The notes under the pieces: model-generated
Told to the model about the DNA's origin: nothing
Databases searched by the model: none
The model's input: the letters and a program-made list of their open reading frames with translations, nothing else
Position numbers and translations under genes: made by a program
Origin: Utricularia gibba
Lineage: Eukaryota; Plantae; Magnoliophyta
NCBI GenBank assembly: GCA_002189035.1
Contig: NEEC01000004.1
Span: 5,146,001-5,210,000, forward strand
Length of the DNA stretch: 64,000 nucleotides
Reading direction: 5' to 3'
In this document: positions 61,913-64,000 of the stretch, piece after piece
Numbering within the stretch: position 1 is the first letter of the stretch
Layout of the letters: the number at the start of each line of letters is the position of its first letter

Positions 61913-64000
61913 CTTTAGTTAGCTCAAGTTAAGTAAAGATTAAGACCACTTCTCTACCCATATATAGTAATACTGAAACTCCAAAAATAATTCTATTAAT
62001 GCGGAAATCGCGCCCTTCTCCCAGAAGTCACGAGCCATGCCTAACACTTAGACTTCAACCGAGGTCCCTTTTAGGCGCGCGGATGCACGGTTGTATCTAG
62101 GTTAGGGATGACCAAACATCACCGTCGTATATCATATTTCTGTATAGTTCTGAACATAGGTATATTAAAAATATAATACACGTATTTTAAATATTTTTTA
62201 ATTTTTAAAACAATTAATAATGATTTAGATCACATTTTCTAAAATTATAGCACATGACTTATATTATATATCACGACCCACACTCTTCATATTCAATATT
62301 TTTCAATTTAGGTATTCAATCATCATAATTTACTTTCTTAATTTTTAAGAAAAATACTTCATACAATATCAAATTTATCTTTTTATTTAAGTACGTATAT
62401 TCTTCTATCTATAATATAGTACATTCTATCCAAATTTTTGTTCTTATATTCTTCTCTATTTAGACATTTAGTACCCTTTCTAAGTGACTCTTGTACTAGC
62501 ATTGACAAGATACGGGTTTTATTCTAATAACAAATGTCACCATTTATATTTTACTTGTACAATATTGTTCGTTTTGATCAATAAAATCTCATAGTTTTAT
62601 TTTCTATTTTTTCAAGAAAAATGCCTTATAAAAAATTATGAGAATCTATATATTTAACCACATATTATCTTACATACGTAAATAATATGGGATATCATTT
62701 ACAGTTTTGAATTTATATATATAAAAGTATACTTATTTTAATGTCTTAATTAAAAATAAATAAATTTAAGATCTAGATCATAAAAATAGAAAACTTTGGT
62801 TTACAAAATTATATACTATAAATTATTTCTTAAATTTTATAATTAATTTATTAACTATCAGATTTTAAAAATATAATATAATTAATATTAATCAACGCCT
62901 ACTTGATTTGAAACTCGGATTCCGGATATTTTTGCAATATTATTTACTATTTTAAGGTTTGGGTTTGCAATAATTGTGAGTACCGCTTTTAGTTTTTATA
63001 ATCAAGGATGACGTTGACATGATGTGGGTCCCTTCACGTTGACGGAAAGAGAAGGAGTGGTTCACCCACTGCGTGGCGATCGGCTCCAAAGCCAGCTACT
63101 GAGCCGGAATTATTGTCCTCCTTTTAGTGCTAACTAGAATGTCTATTATTGGAATTATTTTCTTTATTTTATTATAAAGTAAACTAAAATGGCAACTTCT
63201 TTCTTTCCTCCTTATATATTATTTATTTATTTTCTCTAAAATTTCCATCAATGAAATTAAATAAAGTGTTTTTTCTTCAAATAAAACAACTAGTACTTTA
63301 GGTCTATCAAAATTATAATTTTGATGAAAAATTTGTTAAAATAAACCAAGCATGTGATGATGCACGCTAAAACCTTATAAATTGCAATTTCTTGGTCACA
63401 TTAATTGGTCATATGTGAGAGTTAATGAGTGGTTTGATGAGATTTTGACCTTTTTCATCATTCAATTTTAGGCTGTATTTTGTTAATGAAAATGGGAAAA
63501 AAATTTAGTCAGGTTTAAATTAATGTGACATATATATGGATTTGTTTTTTAAGGTTACAAGTGAGATTAAATAAAATAAGGTAAGGGGAGTGTGGTTTTA
63601 AATGAATATATTTATGTTGAATTAAAAAAAACTATGTGATCATGAATTTATTTAAATCTATGAAAGAAATATCTTATAATTTATAGTTTTATTTTTAAAT
63701 TTAATTAATACTATCAATCAAACGCTATCTTATTTGAAGAAGCCTTTTATTATGGACCTGGAATTTGTATTGGGCTGCCACCTCAAAAGGCCTGTAAATA
63801 CCTTCGGGTGTTATGATAAAGCATCGTGGGCCCGGAATCATTTAATTTTTTATAATAATAAAATATTAAACGTGGGCTTTTTCAATTCATTGAAGGGACA
63901 TGATTAAAATATTTAAAAAAGGAGAATTGCACAATAATTGAATAATTAGTTGGAATTTAATAAACGGAAGCGCACATTCCTAGGAAGTGGTTATTGGTTT

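Noticed and set aside
63015-63110. Possible C/D snoRNA (ATGATGT...CTGA)
   Set aside because: Non-canonical C box, no convincing terminal stem, and no rRNA antisense element identified.
1-64000. tRNA, rRNA, conserved miRNA and CRISPR arrays
   Set aside because: No T-loop/cloverleaf, rRNA, recalled conserved mature miRNA or repeat-spacer pattern was seen by eye. A covariance-model scan would be needed to exclude them.

Overview
Gene-dense angiosperm nuclear DNA (short spliceosomal introns, AT-rich intergenic stretches) with about 20 recognisable protein-coding genes. In order: vacuolar NHX antiporter (runs off the left edge), an uncharacterised zinc-finger gene, a 67-aa small protein, BAM9-type beta-amylase, a divergent CASP-like protein, a bHLH-ACT factor, PBL27-like kinase, two CC-type glutaredoxins, a kelch/coiled-coil protein, a membrane-anchored pseudokinase, an R2R3-MYB, MO25, NAGS, a double B-box protein, NDUFS4, PDF1B, an HLS1-like acetyltransferase, a class II LBD and a class III peroxidase. 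There is also a decayed PIF/Harbinger transposon, an AINTEGUMENTA-like pseudogene and an RPL26 fragment. Two observations stand out. (1) The spliced product of the gene at 3378-6065 carries a motif (EDMxIFGxxPxxDxxxLVxCNxC-x11-H) that matches, from recalled sequence, the N-terminal zinc finger of ataxin-7/Sgf73, the SAGA deubiquitination-module subunit reported absent from Arabidopsis; two consecutive introns in this gene have U12-type signals. (2) NAGS has a tandemly duplicated first exon; both copies end in phase 0 at the same protein position, suggesting alternative N-termini. No tRNA, rRNA, miRNA or CRISPR feature could be supported. All family assignments are by eye and from memory; no searches were run.
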